From Antechinus flavipes (lineage: Eukaryota), in assembly GCF_016432865.1 (NCBI RefSeq), contig NC_067399.1, forward strand, positions 641,824,001 to 641,888,000: a stretch of DNA of 64,000 nt, in the 5' to 3' direction. Made by a program: the position numbers and the translations under genes. Shown here in pieces: positions 25,002 through 38,435 of the stretch (position 1 is the stretch's first letter; every line of letters starts with the position of its first letter). A model generated the notes under the pieces. The model did not search any database. It was not told the origin of the DNA and saw only the letters and a list, made by a program, of their open reading frames with translations.

Positions 25002-25539
25002 ATCATTATATACCTCAACAACGATACTGTTTGAGGATGTATTCTGATGGAAGTGGATCTCTTCGATAAAGAGAGCTAATTCAGTTTCAATTGATCAAGG
25101 GTGGAGAGAAGTAGCTACACCCAAAGAAAGAGCATGGGGAAATGAATATAAACTTCTTGCATTTTTGTTTTTCTTCCCGGGTTATTTATACCTTCTGAAT
25201 CCAATTCTCCCTGTGCAACAAGAGAACTGCACACAGATATTGTATCTAGGATATACTGTAACCTATTTAACATGTAAAGGACTGCTTGCCATCTGGGGGA
25301 GGGGGTGGAGGCAGGGAGGGGAAAAATTGGAACAGAAGTGAGTGCAAGGGATAATGCTGTAAAAAAATTACCCTGGCATGGGTTCTGCCAATAAAAACTT
25401 AAAAACAAAAAACAAAAAACAAACAAACAACAAAAAAAAAAGGCTTAACCCAGCTTGTCAACCTATTAAGTTCCTGGATTTTAATTGCCAAAACTGACTT
25501 GATATTAAAAGCAATGATCAAAAAAAAATAAAAAAAAAT
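25002..25539 (+). mobile_element. Young L1 3' UTR insertion with a 78 bp 3' transduction
   Basis: TSD aaaagttcagctccag at 24986-25001 and 25540-25555; canonical TTT/AAAA target; two A-tails (about 25391-25441 and 25520-25539). Confidence 0.9.
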
Positions 25540-25859
25540 AAAAGTTCAGCTCCAGGGCCATGTCCTACATGAGACTTTTGCTGTTCCCTTCCATTGCTGC
25601 CCCCCAAAAACTATATGCATTTATTTTGTATATACTTATATATGCATATGTGCTGTTCTCTAATCTATAGAATCTAAGTTTCTTGAATGTAGGGAATATT
25701 TCATTTTTATTTGTATCTCCAGTACCTCGCACTGTGACTCATATAATAAGTACTGAATAAATACTTGTTGATCAATTGCTTATCTGTCCCAGGGAGGTAG
25801 CTCCTCCCAGCATAAAAGATCAGTATCCAGAAGAGAAATATGTCAGTTGGAGCCCAATG

Positions 25860-26200
25860 GAAGGAACTGGATAGATTTAGCACAATAGAAGAAACTATAA
25901 TGGGGTTGCTATAGAGCTGTCTTCCACTATTTGAAGGGCTATCCTTGGGAAGAAAGAATAAGCTTGGTTTGCCAGTCCCCAGAGAACAATGGGGGGGATT
26001 GCATGGGAATTTCTGAAAGGCAGAGTTCAGATTGTGACAAGGAAAACTTCCCGACATCTAGAGCTATCTGAAAGTGGTTTGGGCTGCTTTTTGAAGTAGT
26101 GAATGCCCCATCATTGGAAGTCTTTAAATAGAGATTGACCGAGATGGAGGGAGAGAGTTTAAATGGCCCCAGAATTTTCTTCCAACTCAGAGACTCTAAG
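25860..26200 (+). mobile_element. L3/CR1 3' end
   Basis: gctgtcttccactatttgaagggctatcc...gtgaatgccccatcattggaagtctttaaatagaga. Confidence 0.75.
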
Positions 26201-26287
26201 ATTCTGTGGAAAAGGGCCTGGGTAAGGACTATAAGGCTGAGGAGAGAGGCAAATAATATTATTAGGAAGTAGGTGGGGGTGACTAAC

Positions 26288-26418
26288 CAATATAGGGAGC
26301 TTTTTCACATGAAGTGCAGTCGGTGCTCCTGACATCATTTTTCGGTAAACTCGATTGTTGAGCGGCAACATGGAGATGCCCACGGGTTCTATGAGGTTCC
26401 AAGATTCTTTCTTGGGCA
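26288..26418 (-). CDS. CCDC33: CCDC33 coding exon g (phase 1 to 0): (M)PKKESWNLIEPVGISMLPLNNRVYRKMMSGAPTALHVKKLPIL
   Basis: Acceptor ccatctttcttcctgcag|TG and donor TTG|gttagt. Lies within track ORF 26159..26656 and carries several CpGs. Confidence 0.95.
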
Positions 26419-28062
26419 CTGCAGGAAGAAAGATGGAAATCATGGAGAACTTTCCTCCTTCACAAACCTGATCTGACCTTGTCTCAAGGCCAACAAAACT
26501 ATAACTATTGCAATGCTTTCTATAGTCTCTGTTATTCAATTGATCTTTCTGATTATGAGTATATATGGTTTTGCTTCTTAGAATTTCATTAGGAACTATT
26601 CTCTGAGTTTTGTAATATTGCTTGCTGTACAATATATGCATGCAGATAGTAATCAATAAGGGTTAATTATAATCTTTATGAATTGAAAGTTAATTCCTCT
26701 TTCTTCAGCAGACTCTTGCCATTTCACATGTAGAATCTTCCCAAGAGGGCAGGGAAAATATATACCTCATTTAAAAGAACAATTCAAAGCCATTCTCTGG
26801 GCACTTGCCAGATAATTGGTAATTTTCATGTTGTGTTATTAAATCTTTCTGTTTACTTTCATCCCTAAAATTGGACATGAAAGTCACTACTCTTTTTTTT
26901 TTTTTCTCTAATAGATGAAGTATGTTAGGGAGATATGAGTCCTGATTGGCTAAAAGACAAAGACTTCTGGGAGAAAATTAGACAAAAAGAAAAAGAGAAT
27001 TTTAAATGAGAAGACAGTAGACACTGAAGCTGTAGGGATATGGGGAGATTGTGATATCCAGTACCTACCCTCTAGAAACTACTAAGAATTGGTCATTCAC
27101 TACCAAATAATAAAGACCCCTCCCCTTCTGGCAAGCTTGTGCTCTATCGCCTAAATAAATCTCTGTAACTTTCTCAAGATTGCCATGTTATATTGCTTGC
27201 CTCCATAAATATGTTTGCTCATTACCTGTGATTATCTATTGTGTACTAATCATGTGGTGAAGGGGAACTAAGTTAAGATAAAGCTGTTACCTTCTCAGTC
27301 TATGGAGGGGGATTACTTCCTTTTCCTCTTTACCTCTGAATGACCAAGGAAAGAGGCTTTTTTCCTGAGAATGTAGTACTCCTAAACTACAAAGATTTGT
27401 TTGTAGTTTATAAATATAATTTTAGATATAATTTTAGCTCCACATTCTACTAAATGAGAGGCAGAAGGTGTATTCATCTAGTCACAACCACCCGTAAACT
27501 CTTCATAAAGATGGAACTTTGGTTTCTCTGAAGACAGGATAGGAAATTTTAGATCCTAAGCTATAAAGATTCCTGGACTCTGTGGATCATTTCAATCTGC
27601 TCTACACCTAATATAAGCACTTAATCTTTTGTAGGGTAGCTTAGTGCCTCTAAGACTTAGAACAATGACTGGCATTATTAGACATTTAATAATATTTATG
27701 GATTGACTGACAACTTCAACACTGACTGTTCTGTGAGTTTGGATTCCCCAGTCATGATGTGAATTCCATGAAGTCAGGAGGTTCTGTCTTGTCTTTCTTT
27801 CTCTCTCATAGCATCTGACACAGGATTGAGCATAGAGTAGGCATGTGCTGGGTACAAGATTGGAGCACTTATCTTCTAAGTCTTGGCCCATTACCTTTAT
27901 CTTGATAAGAAACAGTTTGTGACCTTGAAGGAAGAGGGCATTGGGCATGCTACTGGGAAAATCTCCCTAGCCTTTAGATTTCCGGGAGTGGGAAGGAGTT
28001 ATTGACATCAAAGGTATTGTTGTGGGAAGATGAGAAATGTAAACTACTCTAAACAATAATCA

Positions 28063-28215
<153 letters not shown>

Positions 28216-28619
28216 CTAATGAGGAGAAAAGGAAGAGAATATCTTAATTGGGGAACCAGCCTTTTCATAAGATAGAAAAAAAATTTGGATAATTAAGACA
28301 AAATTATCCTCCTTTCCTCCCATTTCCCTTCTTTTTTTCCCTTTCTAAACCCTGTTGGGGTGAAATCTTGGATATGGGATTATGGAGGAAGTCCCTATCT
28401 TGGCTTCCTTTCATCTTTCTTCTACCAGTCTCAACTCTTCCCTCTTTCATTTCCCACTCTTTTCTACCCTACTCTTTTCTCCCTCCCTGCTCCTCCAACT
28501 CAACACACATGGTACTTCTGCTCAAGAAAACCAATCAAGTCCCAGTTCTCTCCACACTAATCTGGATTGAGGCAAGACATCCCAGGATAATTCCAAGATG
28601 TGACCCAGGGTACTCCACT

Positions 28620-29620
28620 TATAGTGGAGACAAGAGGGTTGCTAACCCCAAAGAAATCAACAGGGTAGATAAAAGTTAAAAAAAGATTTAGTAAATACAT
28701 TTCAAGTGCTATAATTGACTCCAACAAAGTCACTTGTACAAGTACAAGATTGAGGGAAATGTGGCAAGAAAACAGTCTGTTGATAAAACTCTTGGCATTT
28801 TGGTGGACCAGAAGCCCAATGTGAGTCAACCATATGGCACCAAGGTCAATAAAAATTAGTGTAAGCCATAGACACTCTTAACTAAGGCATAATGTCTACA
28901 ATAAGGTTCTACTTTGTCTACTAGAATAAGGTATAGTTCTACTGTTCTCTGTTATAGACAGACCACACCTGGACTATTGTGCCCAATTCTGGGTGTCAAT
29001 TTACAGGATTTACATTGAGGAAAGGGAGAATCCAGAGGAGGACATTGAGAATGGTGAAAAGAACAGACGCCATTTGAAGGAAATAGATGTTTTTAGCTTG
29101 AAGAAATTATGACTTAGAATAGACATGATCATGTTCTTCATGGATTTAAAAGATTGATAGATGGAAGAGGAAGTATAGTTGCACTGCTTAATGCAGAGAG
29201 GAGAACTAGTCAAAGAGGGGCTATTTCATGGAAATAAATTTCAACCAGCATAAAATAGAAATTCCTAAAAGATAGATAAATTTCTAGCTAGCACGGTGGT
29301 AGAGTGGATAAAGCTGAGTTGAAAATTTTGTTGGAGTCACCTTATTAGTTGGGTGATATTGGACAAGTCATTTCATTTTTCTCAACCCTGTCATTTCCTC
29401 ATCTGTATAATAGGGCCAATAATAGCATCTACCTTAAGAGAATTGTTTGATCAAATGAGATAACATATATAAAGCTTCTAGAAAATCTTAAAAGTGCTTT
29501 ATATATACCAGCTATTATGAATATCATTATTAATGAGAGACACTTCAAAAATGAAATAGTTTTATCTTGGGTCTAGTGTTTCCTATCACTAGAGGTCTTC
29601 AAATGAAGCTTTAAAAATGA
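28620..29620 (+). mobile_element. Long L3/CR1 fragment (ORF2 RT C-terminus to 3' end) with an internal MIR
   Basis: 28941-29006 translates LFSVIDRPHLDYCAQFWVSIYR, a decayed CR1 LYSALVRPHLEYCVQFW motif. Confidence 0.8.
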
Positions 29621-30420
29621 TCAATCCTATTGCTTAGCTCTCTCTCCTTCTCCTCCATCCATTTAGTTGTCAAGTTCTATTGTTTCCACTTTCTTAACAT
29701 TTCTCATACACTCCCCTCCTTCTCTCTTGACACAGAAAGCACCTTGCTGCAGGCTGGGTTATTGAAAGAGCTTGTGAGTAAGTCTGTCTGCCTCAAATCT
29801 TTCTTTACTCCAGTCCATCCTCCACTCAGCTGTCAAATTGATTTTCCCAAAGTGCAAGGCTGGACATAGCATAGTTCTTCACCCCTCTCATCACAACTCA
29901 CTCAACTGCAATGGCTCCCTGTTATCTACAGGATCAAATATAAACCCCTCCATTTGGTTTTTAAAGCTTTCGTAATTTGACTCTTTTGTACCTTAATGTG
30001 TTCTTATAACTTATTTGCCCTCCATGCATTCTGCTTCCCTGCTATTTCTCCCACAGGACACACCATTTCTAGACTCTCAGTGTTTTCATTTCTTGTTCCT
30101 TATGCCTGGAATACTCTGCTTCCTCTTCTTCACTTTATAGCTTCTCAGCCAAAGTTCTGCCATCTGCAGGAAGACTTTCCTAATCCTTAATCTTTCCTTT
30201 CAGAGGGAAGAGTGCCTTCCTTCTGAGACAACACTCAATATATGGTGTATGCATCTTGTTTGTACATGATTATTTGCATTTTGTCTCTCCCATTAGATTG
30301 TGTCTTTTGCCTTTTTAAGATCCACAATACTTAGCATAGTACCTGATACAGAGTAGCAACTTAACAAACCCTATAAGACTGACTAGCACACAGTAAATGC
30401 TGAATTCATTCATTCATCAC
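29620..30420 (+). mobile_element. L2 LINE 3' fragment
   Basis: ccagtccatcctccactcagctgtcaaattgattttccc...gcttagcatagtacctgatacagagtag. Confidence 0.8.
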
Positions 30421-32099
30421 TAACTTCAACCGTAGACTGATCCTTTATGTTATTCATCTCACACCACCTTCTCATTACCCTTTTTCCTATCACAAGGACA
30501 AGAACAGAGAATGGGGCATCATTAAGGGTGATTTTTAAAGGGTTAAATCCTTTGCCACTGGTATGATGAGCTGCTGCCTGGCTGAAGGTGAAATGGGGGT
30601 TGGGGAAGCCATTGTCTGAAAGACATTAATGGAAAGGGACAGGCCTGATGGCATGCTGGGCTGGTGGAATTAGGGAATATGATTAACTGGTGTAAATGTG
30701 ACCTCAGTAAACCCATTAACCCTTGTGACCAGAGCACCCTCCCTTGAGTCCAGGACCAGGACTCTGGGCCATTATCAGGGCTTCTCTGGGCTCAAAAATG
30801 GGGCGACTACTCTTCTATCCTACCCATTCTATCCATATCCATCCTGCTTTGTACTTCCTTTTAAGGTCCCACATCATTTCCTACCCTTATAGTCCCTTCT
30901 CTTCACCATTAAAAATGGGGCCACTATCTTGCTATTACTTTCCTCTCTGTACCCAAATTTTCTCCTCTAGAAATGAGGAGGTTGAACTAGAAGATCACTA
31001 AGATCACTTTCCCAGATATCCTGTGATTCTGTAGTTTACTTTATGTCAGAAGCAGATTGTAGAGGGGAAAAGCTCTGAACTGGCTTAGAAAGCTGAGACA
31101 TGATCCAAGTTTTGTCACTCACTTGTGACTACAAACTGTCCTCAAGGAATTACCTTCTCTAAGACCTCTGTTTATTCATGTCTAAAATGGAGAGATTGGG
31201 GCTTGGAAGAATACCTATAATTTGTGCCTTGAAAAAATATCAAGTTCCACACCCATGCCAAGGGTTGTGATAACTGGAACACGTAGTTTGCCTAGGGTCT
31301 CTCAAGTAGATCCTGGGGACTCTGACAGAATAGGGATACAAGAAGGTCCCTTTGTAACTTTGTTCCTTAGACTGAAATTCTATCTTTCCCCCACCCCTTA
31401 TCAGAGACTCATCAGCTTTTTGACCTGGAAGAAATCTTAGAGACCTCCTAAAACAGTCCTCATTTTATAAGGGGAAAAATGAAGCTTACAGCAATTAAAG
31501 TACTTGTCAGGGCCCTACAAATCATGAGTGGAAGAACTAGGATTTGAATTCAGATATTCTGACTCTCAGGAAAGTGATCTTTTGGTGATACTCCCTGCCT
31601 ACTCTTTGAGTCAACTCTCTTAAAGTCCCCCCCCATCTGTACAAGACATGTCTCTATAGCCATTGGTCTGGGGTGAGGAGACCTGTATATCTTGAATTTA
31701 GTTAAGCAGTTCTGGGGATCAGGGGAAACATTTCCAATGTGAGAAAAGAGCATATTCAGAGGAAATGGATGTATCTTTTCTCAACTTCTTGCTCTTTCAT
31801 GGCTAAAGAGTTGTGTAGTGAGAAATAGGTGGATGGTAGATTCAAGAGACCTGAGTTCAAAACCCAGCTCTAACATGAGCATATGTTCCATCTTTGGCAA
31901 GTCACTGTCCCAGTTGGGATGGATGCTACAGCATCTGCCCATCTTTAAAAAGAGGAGGTTGGACTATATGCTTTCTAAGGAATCTTTCCATCCTAAATCT
32001 TAGGTTCACTCTGACAGCAGAACACAACTCAAAGTGGGAAGGTGAATTACCCTGGAGCTCCTTGGGTGTAAGGTGGGATCAGAGGAGCAAGATTATTAC

Positions 32100-32760
32100 A
32101 GGAAAAATGATCTAACCATTCTGGAGAACAATTTGGAACTATGCCCAAAGGGATATCAAACTATACATACCTTCGACCCAACAGTCTCACTACTGGGTCT
32201 GTGTCCCAGAGAAATCATAAAGGAGGGAAAAGAACCCACATGTGCAAAAATGCTTGTAGCAGCTCTCTTTGTGGTAGCAAAGGATTGGAAAATGACTGAT
32301 CAATTGGGGAATAGCTGAATAAGTTGTGGTATATGAAGATAATGGATTGTTATTATTTTATTTAAAATGATGAACAAAATGATTTTAGAAAGGCCTGGGA
32401 AGATTTACATGAACTGATGATGAGTGAAACAATCAGAACCAGAAATACACAGCAACACAATACACAGTAGCAACAAGATTGTGCAATGATCAACTATGAA
32501 AGACTTGGTTCTTCTCAGTGTACAGTGATCCAAGACAATAGATCAAAATAGAAAATCCATTTACATCCAGAAAGAGAACTATGGAGATTGAATATAAATT
32601 AACAATGCTATGTTCGCTTCTTCTTTTCTGTTTTTTTTTCTCTTGTAGTTTTTCTCTTTTGTTCTGATTTCTCTCTCCTAACATGATTCATAAAGAAATG
32701 TGTATTTAAAAGTTGATATGCATGTATTACCAGAAAAATAAAACAATAAAAAAGGGAAGA
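32100..32760 (+). mobile_element. Older L1 3' fragment
   Basis: ORF 32073..32318 contains KEGKEPTCAKMLVAALFVVAKDWK (ORF2 end), followed by 3' UTR and an A-rich end. Confidence 0.85.
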
Positions 32761-33764
32761 AAAAGATTATTGCAGAAAGTGGCTCTTGGGATTAGGCTAC
32801 TGCCCAAGAACTTGCAATTGCATTCACTTTGGAGATCATGCATCATCTCAGAGGATTCCTTCTGATTGGCCCTCCATCAATGAAAGCTGAATTTTTTTTA
32901 TCAATTCAGTTCAATAGAAGCTTAGCTCTCTGACTTATAGTACCTTTCATAATCTGGCTCCATTTTTTTTTCCTAGAGGAAATTATTACTCCTTCCTCCA
33001 CACATTTCACATTCTGGACAGATTGGCCACCATGCATTTTGTTTCCCACATCGATGACTTTGTTCAGGTTGTTTCCAAGGTTTGAAATATTTTCTTCTCA
33101 CTTACACTCTTGAAATCCCTTTCAGCCTTCCAGATCATGTCACCTCATATGAGCATCTTCTATTCTCCTCCAGTGGTTAGTTCTTTCATTCTTTCCCCAA
33201 AAGACTTTATATTTATTTATTTCTGTATTTATTGTATGAAGGCAAAGAGACAGTGCTCTTTATCTTCTCTCTTTTGGTTCAGGTAACACTAGCATCCATT
33301 TCATTTCAAATAAGCAATAATATCCACCCCTGACCTTGTGTTTATGTTTCTCTTGCTTATTCCTAATTCTATTCCTTTCATGTTAGTCATAGAGAAAGTC
33401 AACATTACTTTGCCCTCCAAACCCTCTCCCAAACAATGAATTAATTAGTAAGCCTCCATGATTAGAATTACTTTCCATTCCATTTTCTTCTTTCACTATT
33501 TCTATTATCTCCATCTCTACTTCTATCTTTCTCAGCTTCATCTCTATCTCTACAGGAATGTCATCAAGCAATCACACACTTGTCACCTGCCACGACTTAG
33601 GATAAAAACGAAACTTGTTGATGTGAATTGTTTCTCCAGTTGAGGAACTGTGACAATACTTTTCCTTGACAGTTGTCTTCTCCTAGTACATTGTACATTG
33701 TAATCTCCTTGAGGCTATGGATGGCTATGTTTTTGTATTTTCATTCTGGTACCTTGGATAGCCT

Positions 33765-33955
33765 TTTTTTTGGCTGAGGCAATTGGGGTTAAGTAACTTG
33801 CTCAGTGTCAAACATCTAGGAAGTGTTAAATGTCTGAGACCAGATTTGAACTCAGGTCCTCCTGACTTCAGGGCTGGTGCTCTATCCATTGTGCCACCTA
33901 GCTGCCCCCCTTTTTTGCTGAGGCAATTGGTGTTAAGTGACTTGCCCAGGATCAT
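33765..33955 (-). mobile_element. Young WSINE1-type SINE (full copy about 33765-33910) abutting the A-tail of a truncated second copy (33911-33955)
   Basis: Minus strand reads ggggcagctaggtggcacaatggatagagcaccagccctgaagtcaggaggacctgagttcaaatctggtctcagaca...aattgcctcagcc plus A-tail. A- and B-box-like motifs are present. Confidence 0.85.
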
Positions 33956-35179
33956 GCAAGCCTTATAACTTAGAACTATTTAATTTTCATTGAATTCAAT
34001 TAAACTGAACCAATATTTATGAAGTACTAATTACATGAAAGGCACAATATTGGCCACTAGGGATTCTTCATTCCAAACTGATGCTGCCTCTACCCACCTT
34101 GAGCTTACTTTTTTTGAGGGGGGGGAGTGGGAGGAGGGAAAGAGGAAGATTTTTTTATTCATAGATCTCTATAATAAAAGGGAGATTTGTTAGAGGGTAA
34201 GGGAAAACTCCAGAAGAAAGGTTCTAGGGAAATTGTGAAGGGAGAAAACATCTTCAATTGGAGTGGGACTTGGATAATCAAACCAAAATGGCCACAAAGT
34301 GATTCAGCTAGTGAGCTAAACCAGAGCTGCTTTCTACATGCAATCCTTTTTTGCATGATTCTGGGTATATAGATATATAAAACAGGTATACAAATCAAAT
34401 ATTGACCGATAATAAACCATAATTTTGCAATCCCCATATTCAGTTATGAGATCTACAATTTAAGAAGCTGGGAACTTACAAATTAATCTAACCAACCTTA
34501 ACTTGTTAGAAAAATGCCATCTCCTATAGCCCATACCAGTTGGTTTGAGGAGTGATGGCTGGGCCACTTGGTCCTCTGCCACCCAGTGCCAAATGTACCA
34601 AGATTTATGAGGAGGCTGGTGCTCCTTCCAGTGTGCTGGGGAGAGCACTTCACTGGGAGGCATAAGATCTGGATCTGAGTCTTCACTTTACCATTTATTA
34701 GCTACAAGAGCACAAGAAACTCATTTCTCTTCTCCAAGGCTTGGTCTTGTCCTTTGTCAAGTTGGAATATAAATATTTATGCCATGTGCCATTGTAAGGC
34801 CCAAATGAGATAATGCCAAAGTGAAGGCACTTTGTTCCTGGAAAAACACTCTACAGGGTATCCCAAAGTCTTTAATAGCTTCTAGGACACAATTTATCTA
34901 ATGACATTATTATCACTGATAGAAACAAAAATTGCTAGGTATCAAAATGAACAGGACATTGGACTTAAAGTCAAGAAATACTGACTTCAAATCTGCTTCA
35001 GATACTAATGATGTGACTGAACAAATCACATTTCATGACCTGTTAAATGAGGATTAATAGTACCTCCTCTTTAAGGTTGTTGTGAAGGAGGAGGAGGAGG
35101 AGGAGAAAGAAGAGGAGGAGGAAGGCAACTGCATGGAACAATAGATAAAATGCCAGGCCTGCAATTCTAGTGGAGAGCC

Positions 35180-35500
35180 ATCTACATGCAGGGAGAGAAT
35201 TTTGGGATCTCAATGTAAATCACAGCATAGTATTTTCACCTTTTTAATAATTGTTTGCTTGCTTTTTGCTTTCTCATTTTTCCCTTTTTTTGATCTGATT
35301 TTTCTTATGCAGCATAGTAATTATGAAAATGTATGAGAAGGAATTGCATGTGTTTGATATATATTGGATTACTTGTTGTCTAAGTGAGGGAGGGGTAATG
35401 GAAAGAGAAAGGATTTGGAAAATGGGTTTTTTCAGGGGTGAATGCTGAAAACTATGCATATATTTTGAAAATAAAAAGCTAATAAATAAAAAGAATAAAA
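35180..35500 (+). mobile_element. L1 3' UTR fragment
   Basis: cacagcatagtattttcacc...atattttgaaaataaaaagct is collinear with the 3' UTRs at 10.2-10.5 kb and 37.3-37.6 kb. Confidence 0.8.
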
Positions 35501-37224
35501 TGCTGGGTCTAGAGTTCAGAAAAGTTCAAGTCTGGCTTCATATACTGATCTTGGGTAAGCTACCTCTTTCTGCCTCAGTTAACTTAACTGTGAAATGGAG
35601 ATACAAATAGCACTTATCTTATAGGTGATTGTGAGGGTCAAGTGAGATATTTGTAAAGTGTCTGACACATAGTAGGTGCTACACAAGTGCTATTGTTATT
35701 ATCAAAGCACCCTTTAAGAGAACTCTCAGCCTAAGACCCTTCAGTGCCATGTCCCTCTCCTCTTCTTGTATTTACATGGAGCATCTCAATGGCGGTCACA
35801 CACAGGTGCTGCTATGCTATGTGCCTTTCAGCAAGTGGCCAACTATCCCTGGACCTGAAGTCCCACATATAACTCAAGATGGGAATAATAGGGAAAACTA
35901 CTAATTATTGGATTTAGAAGTGCTTGGATCACACTTGCTCCAAGAGGCAGCAGTGGCAATCACAATGGAGATCCCAGAGGGGAAGAATACTCATTAAAAT
36001 TGATTGTCTCTGGCCTCATGGGCTCAGTCTGATTGGTTAATAATTCGCTGGCTAAATGCAGGGCCATGTCCAAAGTATGTAGCTCTTGACAGGAAATACA
36101 GTTGAGAATTGGTTGAGAATGAGGTTTCCTATCTATGGGGTTTTCATTTTTTCTCTCCCCCCTTCCAACTTCTGTTCTCGTCACACACTCCCCTTTATCC
36201 TACCAATTATTCTTCTTTATCTGTTATGAGCCTTCAAAAGTCTTGGCTTTTAATATAAGGTCAGGATTTCTATGGGTACAAATCTCTGACTAGTTTGCCA
36301 GTACCCTTCCCTGCTCCTTTTCCTGTTGGGGAAGGGTGGCCACTTTTCCCTTCCTAGATCTTTCCTGAAGCAGAGATAGGACAATTATTGGAGGAGGAGG
36401 GTTGGAAGAAAGAAAGGGACTTTTCCCCAAGTTATCTGTTTGGCATAATTGTGAATTCAATATTTGTTTGAGAGACACTATAAACTCTCCCTTTTTCATT
36501 GTCCCCTCTTTCTGGTTCAGAAAGCAATTTCCTTCCCATTGCCCCATTGCGTCTAAAGCTTCCTTACTCTGATCTCCTACTTCCTTTCAAAACTGACTCT
36601 TAGAAAATGATGACTGGGGTGCAAGTGATTGACAATTCACTTAAGAGTGACAAGGAACATCTAGGGCTTGAAGCTTTCACTGTGGAGTCTCAGGACCCAG
36701 TCAGTTGAGAGGCAGTTGGGGGAGAAAGCTTGTTACAGTGGAGTGAGGATGGGCTTGTTTGGTGGGGAGAGGGGAATGAGGGACACTGCCTGGAAGACCC
36801 AGTCCACTATCATTACTTTCCTAAAAGAAGGGAACAGAGAGCCTGAACCTTGAAATCCTGAGCTTTTGCTTCAATTTCTTAGTAATAGGCCCTGCTTGCT
36901 CTGAAGAAGGCATTCTCTTCCCTTCTTCCAATACCACCTCCCCCCCCCCTCCCCGCCAAACACACAAAGCAATAAGGACTGCTATTTTCCCTGGAGTTGT
37001 TGGGGAGGACTTTGAGAAAGGAAAGTCTGCTGACTTAAATGAGAGGTGTTCTCTTATGAGCATCCCTCTGGTAGAAGAGAGGGAGCTTTTTCAAACAGTC
37101 AAATCCTCTTAGTCTTTAACTAACCAAAGAGCTGGCGTTGGGTTTTAATCCCAAATAGTACCTCTTCATATCTCTTCTTAGTCAGAACTCTCTGATGTCA
37201 CCCCCTAGTAAAAGCCAGTGTCCA

Positions 37225-37589
37225 GACAAAGAAAACCATCTGCATCCAGAGAGAGGTCTGTGGGAACTGAGTGTGGTTCACAACATAGCATTTTCACTCT
37301 TTTTGTTATTGTTTGTTTGCATTTTATTTTGTTTCTTTTTTCCGGTTTGATTTGATTTTTCTTGTGCAGCAAGATAATTGTATAAATATATATGCATATA
37401 TTGGATTGAACATATATTTTTACAGTGTTTAACATATATTGGACTACTTGCCATCGAGGGGAGAGGATAGGAAGGGGGGTGAAATTGGAACACAAGGTTT
37501 TGCAAGGTTAATGTCGAAGAATTATCCATGCATATGGTTTGAAAAAATAAAAAGCTTTAATATGAAAAATAACTTAAATAAGAGCAAAA
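37225..37589 (+). mobile_element. L1 3' UTR insertion with TSD
   Basis: TSD aaaagccagtgtcca at 37210-37224 and 37590-37604; A-rich tail. Confidence 0.9.
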
Positions 37590-37869
37590 AAAAGCCAGTG
37601 TCCAATCCATGTTCAAAAGATGAGTCATCATCACCAAGCACTAAGCTTGATGTAAACCATAAACAATTGAACCCCTTTTTACCCAAGGCCAGCCTGACCC
37701 CTACAAAGTAAGGTATTTTCAGAGTTCTCCTCTTACTCTTCTTCCCTTTTCAAGCTTCTAAACTTCCAAAACATCCATCTTTTACACATTTCCAATGATA
37801 ACTGCTGAAGGATCATGGAGAGATCGTCAAAGTAGAGACTTAGAACTAGAAGGAATCTTGTTCAGTTGT

Positions 37870-38095
37870 ATCCAATTCTTTGTGACTTGGAGTTTTCTTG
37901 GCAGAGATATTGGAGTAGTTTGTCATTTCCTTCTCCAGCTCATTTTATAGATGAGGAAATACAGATGAGGCACATAAGCTTAAATGACTTATCCACGGTC
38001 ACACACAACCAGTAAATGTTTGAGGTCAGGAAGATGAGTCTTTCTGACTCCAGACCCAGTACTCTATCCACTATAGCACCAACTAGCTGCCCCTA
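37870..38095 (-). mobile_element. MAR1-type SINE
   Basis: ttggagttttcttggcagagatattggagtagtttgtcatttccttctccagc...ccactatagcaccaactagctgcccc. Confidence 0.8.
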
Positions 38096-38314
38096 AGCAT
38101 TTATACCTTGTAAACTTCCATGAGAGAGACACCCTTTTGCTAAAGGACTTTTCAGTCCCAAATTTGTGTACTTTCCTATTCTACTTGCTTCTTATTTATG
38201 AATAAATGATAAAAAAGACAAGGAAAAGAATACCGGCTTACTAAATTTAAGAAGGAATGAATAAATATTGGCCATTAAATAGATAGATAGATGAAAAGAT
38301 GGATAAATACTAAC

Positions 38315-38435
38315 CTGAGGGTATCCCTGCTTGTTGGTCCGAGGAACATCAAAAGCCAACACAGAGGGGCTCGGAAAGTTGACAGTTTTTATAGGCAGCC
38401 CCAAAGATAAAGGCTCTTTGTTCAACTTTGTCTCC
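38315..38435 (-). CDS. CCDC33: CCDC33 coding exon e (phase 2 to 0): (K)ETKLNKEPLSLGLPIKTVNFPSPSVLAFDVPRTNKQGYPQ
   Basis: Acceptor tttcttctcttccccag|G and donor CAG|gttagt. Lies within track ORF 38192..38473. Confidence 0.95.
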
